Source: Candidatus Heimdallarchaeota archaeon
Lineage (GTDB): Archaea; Asgardarchaeota; Heimdallarchaeia; Heimdallarchaeales; Heimdallarchaeaceae
Length of the DNA: 64,000 bases
NCBI GenBank assembly: GCA_016840095.1
Contig: JAEOSZ010000095.1
Coordinates: 32,001-96,000 of the forward strand
Direction: 5' to 3'
A model generated the notes under the pieces. That model was not told the DNA's origin and made no database searches. It was given only the letters and a program-made list of their open reading frames with translations. Positions 29,561 to 39,006 of the stretch are shown here, piece by piece (the stretch's first letter is position 1; each line of letters starts with the position of its first letter). A program made the position numbers and the translations under genes.

Positions 29561-30421
29561 ATGAGTTCAAACGTCGAATTCTCCTTAGCAGAACATTTTC
29601 TTTCACTTATCGATAAGAAAACTATCTGGGAATTGGATATGATTTGTTCAATTCTTAATATTAACGTGGAGGATTTCACTAATTTCATAAACAAGTTTCC
29701 TATGGCTTATGGATTATCCGTTCAAGGTAAAAAATTATACATAACACCTGAATTGGTAGGTGATGTTGTTGATGAAATAAAGAAGTCATTTATTGAATGG
29801 TATCAAAGAATCGCTCCTGATGGATATTCTCAAGTGGTTCAAGCAACTATTTCTAGAAGAACTGAAGAGATTAGAAGTGATACTCCAGAAAGAGTTTCAC
29901 CTAAAATCAAAATTTCTGTTTATGGAAATAACTATATTGTAGAAGATGTACTAAATGATTATCTTGCAAGAGCAGGATTAAGTCCTTCTTTTAACTATAC
30001 TGGAGGGTATGAGCCAATTGATTTTCAAAAAAACATTGGGAATGAAATATACAACTGTCAATTCATGTTGATAAATTATAATAGAGATATGATTTCTTTA
30101 GCTAATCTTTTATTTGAGATGCCAGAAGCTTTCATCTTCATTTTTGATCCTCTTGACCCATTGCAAAGTGATAGGTTAGTCAAGATGATAAAAATCTTGA
30201 TTTCAAAAAGGAAAAACGATATGTTCATCACTTTTCTAGCTAATGTTAAATCCGAGATATCTCAAGATTCCCTAGAGGATGTAGCTAACACTCTTTCTTA
30301 TCTGGTAGAGTTTCTAGAAGAAAAACCTCAATTTAAGGTATCTTTTGCAATTCTTTCATCAACTGATCAAGTTGAGAGAAAAATTAACGATTTAATCCAA
30401 ACAGCTAGAATGCTATTTTGA
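29561..30421 (+). CDS. Hypothetical: N-terminal winged helix plus degenerate small-GTPase-like domain
   Basis: KIKISVYG..AFIFIFDP..ITFLANVK follows Ras topology without GKS/T. Confidence 0.5.
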   Translation: MSSNVEFSLAEHFLSLIDKKTIWELDMICSILNINVEDFTNFINKFPMAYGLSVQGKKLYITPELVGDVVDEIKKSFIEWYQRIAPDGYSQVVQATISRRTEEIRSDTPERVSPKIKISVYGNNYIVEDVLNDYLARAGLSPSFNYTGGYEPIDFQKNIGNEIYNCQFMLINYNRDMISLANLLFEMPEAFIFIFDPLDPLQSDRLVKMIKILISKRKNDMFITFLANVKSEISQDSLEDVANTLSYLVEFLEEKPQFKVSFAILSSTDQVERKINDLIQTARMLF

Positions 30422-31153
30422 TCTTATTTCTGTAACTTGTTTGGATTTAGTTTTCTTCTTTGGTGATTGTTTTTTGTACATCTGTTCTTCTAGATAATCA
30501 CCTAGTTCAGGAAAAGCTCTAAAAGCTAGGTATAACTGATATGTACCTATTGCAAGAGAAACAAAGAATAACCCAAATAAAACAAAACCTATTATGAGAA
30601 AAACTGTATAAATGGTTTCATTTGAAAGAATGCCTAATGCAAGAACACTTACTGTAAAAGAACTATAAGCAAGAGCTTGAATAAGATAAGCAATTGATAA
30701 AAATGGTAAAGGATTTCTCGGCATGAGTTTCTTTATATACAAAGTAACGAGATCTCTGTAAAAGAAGTAAAAGCCTATTGATATTGCTAGAAGAGAGAGA
30801 ATCTGTAATATGGCAAAAATATAGAAGAAAGCTATAGTATACACGAATTCTCCAATTATCAAACTGATTTGAGATAGGAGAAGTCCCACACTACCCCCAA
30901 AAATAAATCCTATTGTTTTTTTACTTCTCTCCCACTTTACAACAGGATCATAGGTCAGATTAAAAACGCCCCAACAAAACCCTACTAAGCCAAGAATTAT
31001 TGGAATTAAGGGAATTTGCTGAGCCTTCCATCCTATAAGCATAGTATCTTGAAAAAACTTTGAACTAGCTGCTACAAGTACATAGAAGAAGAAAACCAAA
31101 ACTGAACTATTGATAATAAATTTGGAATGTTGTTTGCGGTTAATTATCCTCAC
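30413..31153 (-). CDS. Multi-pass membrane protein
   Basis: About 6 TM; third gene of a tandem trio. Confidence 0.7.
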   Translation of the reverse strand: MRIINRKQHSKFIINSSVLVFFFYVLVAASSKFFQDTMLIGWKAQQIPLIPIILGLVGFCWGVFNLTYDPVVKWERSKKTIGFIFGGSVGLLLSQISLIIGEFVYTIAFFYIFAILQILSLLAISIGFYFFYRDLVTLYIKKLMPRNPLPFLSIAYLIQALAYSSFTVSVLALGILSNETIYTVFLIIGFVLFGLFFVSLAIGTYQLYLAFRAFPELGDYLEEQMYKKQSPKKKTKSKQVTEIRSK

Positions 31154-31865
31154 CCTTTATCTCATTTTCAAGGAGCTCAACATCTTCAATATAATTTGCA
31201 TCATCTGAATCTAAGGAGTAATCTTCTATAGTATACTTTTCTGAATTGAACATATTCAATGTTGATGATAAACCAAAGAAACCTAAAATTATAAGAAAAG
31301 CAGCAAATAAGAAAAGTATTAGTGAAACATTTTCAATCCAGGCATATAATACTAACGGATAAATTAGCACACTATACCAGTTAATAATCGCTGGTGCTAG
31401 TAACACTATAATACCTGCTGGGATGTACCATTGTCCTTTTCTAGGTAAGTAACTATTGTTGAATAGAGAATTAATTGTATTCCTTAGAAAAATAAAGCCT
31501 ACGGCTAAAACAATAAAGTATGTAACTATAAATGAGAGTCGAACATAAATGAATGGTTTCATGTTCCAGCTAGCTTTTAAGTTGATATACGCTAATATTA
31601 ATGCTACAATATCGATAAGACTTGATGATATTAGAAAAATACTTGGAAGTTTCCATTTGATGTTCTCACTTAATGATAGGCCCAATCTTATCAAGCCTAT
31701 TGAAAAGAGTATAAGAGCAAAATCAAAAGCAGCATCAACTACTAATACAAGTTCTATTGCATATTTACCAAAAATGTAGCTTCCAGCAACCTTTAACATC
31801 TGAAGAATTGTTAATATCCACGCACTATAAACCAGATGTTTGGTAATATCGGATCTTTCGCTCAA
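31140..31865 (-). CDS. Multi-pass membrane protein
   Basis: About 6 TM with an acidic tail. Confidence 0.7.
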   Translation of the reverse strand: MSERSDITKHLVYSAWILTILQMLKVAGSYIFGKYAIELVLVVDAAFDFALILFSIGLIRLGLSLSENIKWKLPSIFLISSSLIDIVALILAYINLKASWNMKPFIYVRLSFIVTYFIVLAVGFIFLRNTINSLFNNSYLPRKGQWYIPAGIIVLLAPAIINWYSVLIYPLVLYAWIENVSLILFLFAAFLIILGFFGLSSTLNMFNSEKYTIEDYSLDSDDANYIEDVELLENEIKGEDN

Positions 31866-31869
31866 TTTT

Positions 31870-32886
31870 CTAACCCTTTTTCAGATATGGATTAGGTTCT
31901 CCACAGTCTCCACAGAAAGCTGAATCTTCATCAAGCTCTAAACCACATTTTACGCAAAACATCTTCTTTGGAATTGATGGATCATCGATTAAGATGTCTT
32001 CTATTTTCTCCTCTGATTGAACAGCGGGTTTGACAGGTGGTGGTGGAGCTAACCCTCCAAACAATCCTCCCCTTCTTCCACCAAACATACCTCCTCCTTG
32101 TTGTCTAGCTTGTGCTTGCTGAGCTCTGGCTTCTTCTATTCTTTGGAATAGCTCTTCTGGGATTTTATCTAGAGTTGCAAAAGCTCTTCTTAGATACCAA
32201 AAACCTAAGACAATCATAACTAAATTCCCCATACTGAAGAAGTATTGAACCCAGAGAAGAACCTGAAATCCTTCTTCTACAAATAGCTCTGCATCCTCAC
32301 CTTCACCAACGAAGTAGGCATAGGTTTCCTGAGGAATTATGGTTTCAATTGTTAGATAGATGAATAATAATGCAAAACCTATGGGAAGTGATAGTTGTCC
32401 TTTATAGATATTCCTTCTGTCTGCTGCATATTTGTCTACTTCTCCTTTGAGAATATAGAACGCTCCGGTGAAAACTGCAGCTGAAACAATAAAAGTGATA
32501 TTTACAGGTAGTTGAACTTGAGCTACAGGATCACCTATACTAATGATACCAAATGATATAACACCTGTTGCATAGAGAATACCTAAAAACCTAGATACTA
32601 ACAAAATAATTGCGGCTACTCCAATGGTGATACTGGTTATGAAAATTGTTTTATTCTCTTCATCTTTGTGAAAAGAGTATAGTCCATAGGCTAACCATAA
32701 TATCGCTAGGCTTTGAACAACACTAAGTCCGATGTCTACATACACAATTGCAGGTCCAGAAGCTAATAGGAATGTGAACATACTAACCATCATTGCTAAA
32801 ACATAAACAAGAGATGAGTTTGTTATGTGTTTCCTGATTGAATTTTTAATCCCTGTTTCAGGCTTTAACTCTATTTCATCCATCAT
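31870..32886 (-). CDS. Multi-pass membrane protein with Gln/Gly/Pro low-complexity tail and C-terminal Zn ribbon
   Basis: About 6 TM, QQGGGMFGGRRGGLFGG, PPPP and FCVKCG..FCGDCG. Confidence 0.75.
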   Translation of the reverse strand: MMDEIELKPETGIKNSIRKHITNSSLVYVLAMMVSMFTFLLASGPAIVYVDIGLSVVQSLAILWLAYGLYSFHKDEENKTIFITSITIGVAAIILLVSRFLGILYATGVISFGIISIGDPVAQVQLPVNITFIVSAAVFTGAFYILKGEVDKYAADRRNIYKGQLSLPIGFALLFIYLTIETIIPQETYAYFVGEGEDAELFVEEGFQVLLWVQYFFSMGNLVMIVLGFWYLRRAFATLDKIPEELFQRIEEARAQQAQARQQGGGMFGGRRGGLFGGLAPPPPVKPAVQSEEKIEDILIDDPSIPKKMFCVKCGLELDEDSAFCGDCGEPNPYLKKG

Positions 32887-32988
32887 TATAATCTAACCAT
32901 CTTAAAGTATTATTTAAATTTGTGGAGTTGTGTTATTTCCGGTTGAAGAGAAAAAGGAAAGTATATAAGTACTCCCAAATACCATTTT

Positions 32989-33558
32989 TTGATGAGATTA
33001 TCCTCCTCTATGTCACTTGTTGCATGCATTACAGGTTTCTTAAGTTTAGTAACACCTGTATTCTTTGATACTGAAGGATATGCTCTCACATGGATAGATA
33101 TTCAAGAATCACCTCCTTTATGGATATATGTTATTGTAACGTTTATAGTAGCTATGCATGATATTAAGTGGTTTGACGGAATAAAATTCATCCGAAAATC
33201 TGATTTTAGAGCTTTTAGGCTTGTTTTGATTTTCATTGCTATTCTAATGGCTTTCGCAATGGAACTAGCGGTAAATGTCAGGCTGACACCTTACATCTTC
33301 TGGGAACAAAGTCTCTTCTTCAGACTACCATATAGGTCTACAGTTATGCTCCAATACGATGTTTTGTATTATAGTTTTCAAAAAGCAATTGTAGAAACAG
33401 TAATTTTTCGAGCCAGTATTGGATATCATTTAATCCGTCTCTGTAGATTGGTTTTAATATTTACATTCCTCTTCACAATATTTGAGAAAAGTCCAAGGAA
33501 AACTAGGATTGCGATAGATGAAGTCTATCAAAATTATCTAGAAAAATCTCAGCCTTGA
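32989..33558 (+). CDS. Membrane protein (about 4 TM)
   Basis: Hydrophobic segments. Confidence 0.6.
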   Translation: MMRLSSSMSLVACITGFLSLVTPVFFDTEGYALTWIDIQESPPLWIYVIVTFIVAMHDIKWFDGIKFIRKSDFRAFRLVLIFIAILMAFAMELAVNVRLTPYIFWEQSLFFRLPYRSTVMLQYDVLYYSFQKAIVETVIFRASIGYHLIRLCRLVLIFTFLFTIFEKSPRKTRIAIDEVYQNYLEKSQP

Positions 33559-33611
33559 TACAAATAGTTTTTAATTTCAGTTTCTAAACAGATAAGTAAG
33601 CAAGAAGCGGT

Positions 33612-34676
33612 TTGATGTTAATGTCTTCTCCTCTATTCGTACCATATATTGCATTATTAGTTCTTGACGAGAATGGAATGACACTTAGGAGTACAATTCC
33701 AATTCCTGATATTTCAAAAGAAGAGATTATAGGTATAGGAAACTTCTATAGCCCTGTTGTATCCGCTTCTTCACCCCATCTAGAGATATATGGTCCTTTA
33801 CCAATTCCTCATTACGAGAAATACCATTTGCTAATTGTAACTTTTAGAAAGAAAGATTCTATGGTTCAAGATCCAAGAACAAAGGATCAGAATATTCAGT
33901 CCTTTTGCCAGCTACTTATTTTCTATCGAAAAGAATGCGATGAAAAAGTTAAATTTGGTCATTCACAAATATTTACAACGGTTGATATTTTTCTTCAAGA
34001 ATTTCAGGATATAGCAGATGTTAGAGATGAAGAACTTCTCAAACTAAGTGAGATGCTAATTGAAAATGTTATTCTTGATGACCAGATCAAATCCAAAAGC
34101 ATTGAAGATATAGTTAGGGATATAGCTTCAAGATTTAATACTATACAACAAATATCTAACCTCCTCAACCGAAGAACGAAAATAGGTATTATATCTTCAG
34201 ATACTCTATCATATAATCTTATCATCCAATCTCTTTTCCATTTTCAGAATATTGATTTTATCTACCAACTGGATAGAAACGAATTCATAACTCGAATAGA
34301 TACATACTTCATGAGGATAGTCTTAACTCTCCTTTTTGATCTAGAGATGATCGAAGGAATAGACTACTTCAGAGAAATTGATTATTATGTATATCTGGCT
34401 TCTTGTGAAGAAGAGGGAAGTTGCCAAAAACATATAGACAATATCGATAGTCTGTTTAAACTAGACAAAAATGCAAAAATCTTCTTCGTTACAACTGAGA
34501 GAGCTGAGCAATTATCTTTAGAAAAAAAGAAATTCCTATTTCAAGAAACAGAAGACAGAAAGAATCTCAAACTAATGATTTCAGTAGGAGATGTTTTTAG
34601 AACTCTAGATAATGCTATTTATCTAATATTGAATGATATATTAGAGTTAAGAAAAATTATTCTCAGTCAAAATTAA
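33612..34676 (+). CDS. Hypothetical: longin/uDENN-like N-domain plus degenerate GTPase-like C-domain; probable paralog of 8330..9346
   Basis: IYGPLP..DPR..LLIFY shared pattern; TKIGII strand without a P-loop. Confidence 0.5.
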   Translation: MMLMSSPLFVPYIALLVLDENGMTLRSTIPIPDISKEEIIGIGNFYSPVVSASSPHLEIYGPLPIPHYEKYHLLIVTFRKKDSMVQDPRTKDQNIQSFCQLLIFYRKECDEKVKFGHSQIFTTVDIFLQEFQDIADVRDEELLKLSEMLIENVILDDQIKSKSIEDIVRDIASRFNTIQQISNLLNRRTKIGIISSDTLSYNLIIQSLFHFQNIDFIYQLDRNEFITRIDTYFMRIVLTLLFDLEMIEGIDYFREIDYYVYLASCEEEGSCQKHIDNIDSLFKLDKNAKIFFVTTERAEQLSLEKKKFLFQETEDRKNLKLMISVGDVFRTLDNAIYLILNDILELRKIILSQN

Positions 34677-34753
34677 GTAATTAGAGGTATGTCCAAAATA
34701 CAATACATGTTAGTTTTCTAATAACATTTTTATTTGATAACGTTATATCTCAA

Positions 34754-36685
34754 ATGGTAAATATGGTAGTATTTGAAGTAAATGAAGTTACACTCTATAA
34801 AATGGGTGTAGGGTGGCTCTCATCACGAGCTACTTGCGATGCGAAAGAGGTTCTCTTTCCAGTATTAGTTAAAAATCAAGATGACTTCCTAAAAACCTTT
34901 CATGTAGAAATAGAAGGAGAAGCAATGCTTTCATCAATTGCATTTGATACAGATAGTAGTAAAGGAATAGAAATTGATCAAGATGGAAATGCTCTTGCAT
35001 CAATACTAAATTTGTTGTCTGGTTCAAAAGTAAAAATTGGTGAATTGGAAGGAAAATTGGTTGGTTATCAATATGTTGAATCTGAGAATGGCAAGGAAAA
35101 TATGATTGTTCTTCTAATGACAGGTGATTTAGGGATACATCCGATTCCTGCTGATACTATTAAATATATACTTCCTATTGAAGAATATTTCATCAAGAAT
35201 CTGGGTGACCAGATTGATTTGCTTTCAAAGAGTAAAAAGGAGAATGTAAAAAATATTAAAATCTCTTTCACTGAAGAAGGTAAAAATGTTGTAAATGTTT
35301 CATATTTAACTGAGCTACCTGCTTGGTTATCTTCATATCGAATTTATGCTATTGATGAGAAAAATGTTATGTTTGAATTATGGAGTTTGGTTACAAATAA
35401 TTCTCAACAAGATTGGATTGATGCAAAAATCCATCTTATTACTGGATTGCCAATTTCCTTTAGATATGATGTTAGCTCTCCATGGTTAATTGATCGTCCG
35501 TATATAGAACGTCCAAAACAAACTGGAATAAGTGTAATGACACCAGAAACAAGCTATGAGATGCGTGATGAAAGACCAGCTCCTGCACCTGCTGCTGCTC
35601 CAAAGAGAGGATTAGCACGCATGAAAAAATCTATGGCTGAAGGAGTTGGTTTTGCTGCAGATGAAGATATGGATGATCTCTATGAATATGAACCAAGTGC
35701 AGAAGAAGCAGCTGAAATTGTAGATACAACTGAAAGTGTTTCATTTAGTCTTAAGCAGCTAGTCACAATCAAGAAAGGTGAATCAGCTTTTTTGTTACTC
35801 CATTCAAAGCAATTACCTAAAGAAACAATAAACATCTATAATAAGTTTCAACATGTAACTCATCCCTTCAAAGCAATAGAAGTTGAGAACTTGACAGGTT
35901 ATGGGTGGGAAGCAGGTCCTGTTACCATATATGAAAAGGGAAATTATGCAGGAGAGGCAATGTTAGATAAAGTACCCAAGGAAGAAAAACAGATTATCCC
36001 ATATTTAGTTGAGCAAGATATCTCAATTAAGCAAATTGAAAATTCAACAACTAAGAAGGTAGGAATTTCTTTATCTGATCATTATTATGTGGAAACCTAT
36101 CTAAATGAAACAATCTATGAGTTAGAAATTGATAATAAAGGCGACGAAGAGAAAACAATCATCTGTGAAGTTCCTAAGTTATACGGTTACAAAATAGATA
36201 AGAAGAAGTTCAAACTTGAAACTAAAGAAACTGCAAATTACTTCCGTTCTAAGATTGTTGTAGATGCTAAAACAACTAAAAAGGTAAAAATACCAACTTT
36301 GCGTAAAACATCTGAAAGTGTCTCTATAGCATCTATTTCTGATGAGTATCTTGATGATTTACTAAAACTAGAAACAATAACTGAAAAACAAATTCAAGTG
36401 CTAAAGAAGATTAAACAAATGAGAAAGGATAAGAATCAAATCAATGAACAAATCAATTCAGAACAAGCTAATTTAGGTAGAATAGATCAAGAATATCAAC
36501 GAATCACTCAATCAATAAATGTTCTCACTTCTGAAGGTGATGAAGGAAAAATGAGAGCGAAGTATGTTGAGAGAATGAATAATCTTTTTGAAACAATGGA
36601 GAAAAAACGTAAACTTGTAGAGGATTTGCAACACAAGTTAAGTACTGTTGATGATGAGATATATGGGTTACTTGATAATCTATGA
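34754..36685 (+). CDS. DUF4139-domain protein with C-terminal coiled coil
   Basis: VTLYKMGVG, VSYL..W..SYR, VTNNSQQDW, GPVTIY..YAGE motifs. Confidence 0.8.
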   Translation: MVNMVVFEVNEVTLYKMGVGWLSSRATCDAKEVLFPVLVKNQDDFLKTFHVEIEGEAMLSSIAFDTDSSKGIEIDQDGNALASILNLLSGSKVKIGELEGKLVGYQYVESENGKENMIVLLMTGDLGIHPIPADTIKYILPIEEYFIKNLGDQIDLLSKSKKENVKNIKISFTEEGKNVVNVSYLTELPAWLSSYRIYAIDEKNVMFELWSLVTNNSQQDWIDAKIHLITGLPISFRYDVSSPWLIDRPYIERPKQTGISVMTPETSYEMRDERPAPAPAAAPKRGLARMKKSMAEGVGFAADEDMDDLYEYEPSAEEAAEIVDTTESVSFSLKQLVTIKKGESAFLLLHSKQLPKETINIYNKFQHVTHPFKAIEVENLTGYGWEAGPVTIYEKGNYAGEAMLDKVPKEEKQIIPYLVEQDISIKQIENSTTKKVGISLSDHYYVETYLNETIYELEIDNKGDEEKTIICEVPKLYGYKIDKKKFKLETKETANYFRSKIVVDAKTTKKVKIPTLRKTSESVSIASISDEYLDDLLKLETITEKQIQVLKKIKQMRKDKNQINEQINSEQANLGRIDQEYQRITQSINVLTSEGDEGKMRAKYVERMNNLFETMEKKRKLVEDLQHKLSTVDDEIYGLLDNL

Positions 36686-36830
36686 TATAGTTTTGTGTAA
36701 TTGTGTATTTACGCACAACTTTTATTAGAGGTCATCGTAAAGGAACATTGGGATGTTCGATACTCACTCTTAAGGGGTACATCACGTACCCTCCTACCCC
36801 GTTCACTGTACGATTAGGTACAGCTTTCGG
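36672..36830 (-). ncRNA. Putative TnpB omegaRNA (scaffold overlapping the tnpB 3' end plus flanking guide); limits approximate
   Basis: Hairpins GGGTAC-N5-GTACCC (36775-36791), GAACAT-N4-ATGTTC (36743-36758) and TTGTG-N8-CACAA (36701-36718), at the position expected for an omegaRNA. Confidence 0.55.
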
Positions 36831-38170
36831 ATCGCTTTTGACTAAAATATTGTACGCTGCATTGACATCAGCATTGATCAAGTACCCTTGAGCAGATCGG
36901 AACAACCCTCGCTTAATTCTTTTCCCTGCATAAGTAGGATGATGTTGGGGGAACTCATTGTCTAAGAAACTGCACTTGGAAGTATGATTCTCAGGAATAG
37001 TTTCCACCACTATACCTCGCTCTGCACCCTTGTATTTCAAGATGTGGATGATTTTCAAAAAAGGGATAGTAACGAACATCTGTGTGGTTTTCTTCCAGAA
37101 ATGCATCCCTTGTTTCCACAAATCGTTGTAGCCTATCACCACTTCTTCCAGCCCTCGTTCTACCCATAATTCCACAAGGTAGTAGGTGAGCTTGTGGATA
37201 GCATCCTTAAGCTTCTTGCGCCACTTCTCACGAAGACAGTAGAAACTGGTTCCGTAACTCAATTTGATCTTGCTTCCTTTCAACTTTTGTTTCTGCTGTT
37301 GAACATACTGTTCTCTTAACTTTGTTTGTTTTTTCAAATAATATTGTGTTATGCTTTTGATTCCTTTCCCGTGGTCCTTGACAACAATCGGTCTGTTTCC
37401 GAGGTTATCCACAAAGGTCACGAGATTGTGCAACCCTAAGTCTATCGCTCCTTTCCTTTTCCTGTTCTTCTTGAGGTCAGGGATGGTTTTCAAATAAACT
37501 AACTCTAGGGTATATCCCACTCGTCTAGGGATGATACGTACTTCCCTCAGCTTGGTTTTAACTGTCATTCGGGTCTTGTACGTGAAGTCTACTTTTTTCG
37601 GTAACACTAGCCATCCATTCTTGATCCTTGCTTGTTGATTGGAGAAGATAGCTATTATTTCCCCGTTCTTAGCTTTATATCCAGGAGAGCGAGGGGGAGC
37701 AAAGAACAAACTTGAATCCTTTCTCCATTCCTTTACTGCTTGAAAATAGCCTTTCCAGTTCCGAGTGAGGAGTTTGAGCGTGTGTTGGGCAGTATGGGCA
37801 GGAAGAACTTTGTAACATACTTCTTCTTTGAGGAGTTTGTTGAGATCGTAGTAGAACAGGACTTTGTTCTCATTCTTCAAGACTTCTTTCAGTAGATAGT
37901 TCGCGCGATTGTAAAGATTCTTAGTTTGATGACATACTCTACTAAGTTCCTTGTTCTTCCCCACTTCAATATGCTCTACTCTCAACACTTGAGGCATTAT
38001 CAGTTTAGCTATATTTTGCTATAAAAACTCCAGTAATATTTCCTCCCTCCTATACACTTAAGGGTAGTTTTTGTCTGTTTAAACTCCTATCCAACCTCTT
38101 CTTCCCCTCCATCCTTCCTGCCTTTGTTCACTTCCCCCACAATGTTAATTACACAACTACACAAGAATCC
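36690..38170 (-). mobile_element. Non-autonomous TnpB-only insertion element (IS607- or IS200/IS605-like); boundaries approximate
   Basis: Visibly more GC-rich than its flanks; inserted between convergent stop codons; no tnpA. Ends carry tandem TACACAA motifs in inverted orientation (36691-36710 versus 38147-38166). Confidence 0.75.
36732..37997 (-). CDS. tnpB: TnpB RNA-guided endonuclease with rearranged RuvC-II site
   Basis: NLYNRANY, RuvC-I AIDLG, VVIGYN..WKQ, PENHTSKCSFLD and RuvC-III NADVNAAYNI. Confidence 0.93.
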   Translation of the reverse strand: MPQVLRVEHIEVGKNKELSRVCHQTKNLYNRANYLLKEVLKNENKVLFYYDLNKLLKEEVCYKVLPAHTAQHTLKLLTRNWKGYFQAVKEWRKDSSLFFAPPRSPGYKAKNGEIIAIFSNQQARIKNGWLVLPKKVDFTYKTRMTVKTKLREVRIIPRRVGYTLELVYLKTIPDLKKNRKRKGAIDLGLHNLVTFVDNLGNRPIVVKDHGKGIKSITQYYLKKQTKLREQYVQQQKQKLKGSKIKLSYGTSFYCLREKWRKKLKDAIHKLTYYLVELWVERGLEEVVIGYNDLWKQGMHFWKKTTQMFVTIPFLKIIHILKYKGAERGIVVETIPENHTSKCSFLDNEFPQHHPTYAGKRIKRGLFRSAQGYLINADVNAAYNILVKSDPKAVPNRTVNGVGGYVMYPLRVSIEHPNVPLR

Positions 38171-38182
38171 CTTATAATTATT

Positions 38183-38914
38183 TTATACTCTTTTCTTCAT
38201 CCATTTTTTTATTTCTTCAAAAAGTTGAAATCTTCCAGCATCTTTTGGAATAACATGACCTCCCTTTTCTATTACTACAAGGGTTTTGTCAGTTGATTTT
38301 ACCGCTTCCAGAATATTCTCTCCAAATTGAACAGGAATACTTGGATCATTTTTACTATTAACTACAAGTATAGGAACTTCTATTTCATGAATTGATTTTT
38401 TAACCGCTCTAAGAAGTTTGTAAACTTGTTTTATTGCTTTTATCGGATAATAACCATAGCTTTCATGAGTTGATAGAGCATCTAGATCTTCCCATCCTCT
38501 TTCTTCATTCTTATGATTTGGATAAATCAAACCTAGAAATGGGACTCCTATAATAAGATACATTCTCCAATCTGGAACTTTGTGAACTGCTGCTAATGGA
38601 ATAATACCTGCTAAATCTCTATTTCTAGAACCTAGTAGTAAAGTAATAGCTCCTCCCATACTAAGACCACAAACATATACTCTCTCGAATTTCTCCTTTA
38701 GTATATCTAGTTCCGATTGGGCAAAATCTATCCATTCAGTCCATTTGGTTTTGCTTAAATCATCAACTGATGTCTCATGCCCTGGAAGGGTAATATTCTT
38801 AAAAGAATAACCCTGTTCTCGTAAAAATTCAGCTAAGGGAACCATTTCATGATGGGCTCCTGTGAAACCATGTATTAGTAGGAAACAAATAGAAGATTCA
38901 CTCATGTTGCACAA
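38183..38914 (-). CDS. Carboxylesterase / monoacylglycerol lipase (alpha/beta hydrolase)
   Basis: HGFTG, LPGH, GLSMGG and catalytic D and H (GGHV). Confidence 0.9.
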   Translation of the reverse strand: MCNMSESSICFLLIHGFTGAHHEMVPLAEFLREQGYSFKNITLPGHETSVDDLSKTKWTEWIDFAQSELDILKEKFERVYVCGLSMGGAITLLLGSRNRDLAGIIPLAAVHKVPDWRMYLIIGVPFLGLIYPNHKNEERGWEDLDALSTHESYGYYPIKAIKQVYKLLRAVKKSIHEIEVPILVVNSKNDPSIPVQFGENILEAVKSTDKTLVVIEKGGHVIPKDAGRFQLFEEIKKWMKKRV

Positions 38915-39006
38915 TTACAATAGAGGTTAATAAAAATTGTTCAAATTACTGGATAATTTAGTTTATTCGTAGAAAAACTCAAAAATAAAGAAACTAACTA
39001 CCATTT

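Noticed and set aside
37998-38145. tnpA remnant upstream of tnpB
   Set aside because: Purine-rich on the minus strand, but no HUH or serine-recombinase motif is recognisable.
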